Below, one piece after another: positions 63,560 through 64,000 of a stretch of 64,000 nucleotides of DNA. The notes under the pieces were generated by a model. That model made no database searches. It was not told the DNA's origin and saw only the letters and a program-made list of their open reading frames with translations. Each line of letters starts with the position of its first letter. The stretch's first letter is position 1. A program made the position numbers and the translations under genes. The stretch comes from a virus (Duplodnaviria > Caudoviricetes): the IMG/VR virus record IMGVR_UViG_3300032373_000001. One strand, written 5' to 3'.

Positions 63560-64000
63560 TCAGGGCAGGTTCTGGATGAGGGCGGCGAATCCGAGCAGGT
63601 AGATCTTGGTGGGCCCCGCGTTGACGAAGGCCACGCGGAGATCGGTGCCTGGGGCGACCAAGTCCACCGGAGTGAGGTAGTCGGCCAGATACCAACTCGC
63701 CCCGTCATCCACACTCACATAAACAAACAAGTCGGCCATCTCGGGGTCGGTCTTGGCGACACGCCGAAAAGATGGGGTCTCTTGCCCTGATGTGGTGTTG
63801 TAGCCCGTGACGATGTCTTCGTTGGTGGAGATGGTTGCCACCTCCCACCAGAGCATCACATCCCGCGTTCCAGGATTCGAAGGGTTCAGGGATGTGATGT
63901 CCTCGGTCTCACTCATGATGAGACCGTAGGTAGCGGTGAAAGCGTTGTCGTTCCGGGGGAGGATCGCCACCGAGCTGGGGGCGTTGCCTGCTGGGGAGCT
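63560..64000 (-). CDS. Virion structural protein, C-terminal part (frame open to window end)
   Basis: VSVDDGASW...LRVAF.N......L.GFA, typical beta-rich tail-protein end. Confidence 0.7.
   Translation of the reverse strand, partial: SSPAGNAPSSVAILPRNDNAFTATYGLIMSETEDITSLNPSNPGTRDVMLWWEVATISTNEDIVTGYNTTSGQETPSFRRVAKTDPEMADLFVYVSVDDGASWYLADYLTPVDLVAPGTDLRVAFVNAGPTKIYLLGFAALIQNLP

Larger units (their letters stand above)
1..64000. mobile_element. Segment of a large tailed bacteriophage genome (myovirus-like baseplate)
   Basis: Baseplate J and gp25-like genes, phage-type PolA/DnaB/primase/dNMP kinase, dense small co-oriented ORFs with overlapping start/stop codons, no ribosomal or core metabolic genes. 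Confidence 0.93.

Noticed and set aside
1-64000. CRISPR array, DGR template/variable repeats, reverse transcriptase, integrase/att sites
   Set aside because: No regularly spaced repeats, no long near-duplicate segments with A-specific mismatches, and no YADD-type or tyrosine/serine recombinase motifs seen by eye; a self-dotplot would be the decisive check
1-64000. Stop-codon recoding (alternative genetic code)
   Set aside because: Conserved genes (PolA, DnaB, baseplate J, SNF2) are full length in the standard code, and TAA, TAG and TGA all occur at gene ends with normal overlaps
1-64000. Interpretation as a chromosomal eCIS/tailocin locus
   Set aside because: A full phage-type replication module and dozens of small phage-like ORFs accompany the baseplate genes

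Overview
The whole 64 kb reads as one segment of a large, GC-rich, strictly gene-dense tailed phage with a contractile-tail-type baseplate. Almost all real genes are on the minus strand; plus-strand islands are 22765-23007 and 54490-58173. From left to right: (1) 0-20 kb is an accessory/host-takeover region of small ORFs, with a tandem cold-shock protein, a DUF433 + PEP-utiliser phosphohistidine-domain fusion, a SWIM protein, a complete tmRNA (tag ANNVNYFEGGVRLAA), a deleted GIY-YIG homing endonuclease relic, NADAR, a minimal nucleotidyltransferase and a Cys-rich lipoprotein. (2) 20-31 kb holds virion genes (neck-like protein, holin-like protein, baseplate J, gp25-like wedge) and a vWA/MoxR pair. 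(3) 31-41 kb is a second accessory block (Tyr/dual-specificity phosphatase, SprT, AAA ATPase). (4) 41-57.5 kb is the replication module (PolA, primase Zn-finger, DnaB, degenerate loader, dNMP kinase, SNF2). (5) 58-64 kb encodes large tail/baseplate proteins. A Myxococcota-like host is suggested but not proven. The most striking non-coding signal is a regulatory grammar visible in the DNA: five promoters of the form TTG(A/C)TT-N17-CCGTAA, and at least seven genes whose ribosome-binding region is locked in a hairpin with a (C/G)GTAA-type element (one CCGTAT variant) at or inside the hairpin's 5' arm. This looks like a genome-wide, transcript-start-dependent translational switch. No CRISPR array, tRNA, reverse transcriptase, integrase, intein or recoded stop codon was seen. 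All protein assignments come from motif reading by eye, with no database searches.
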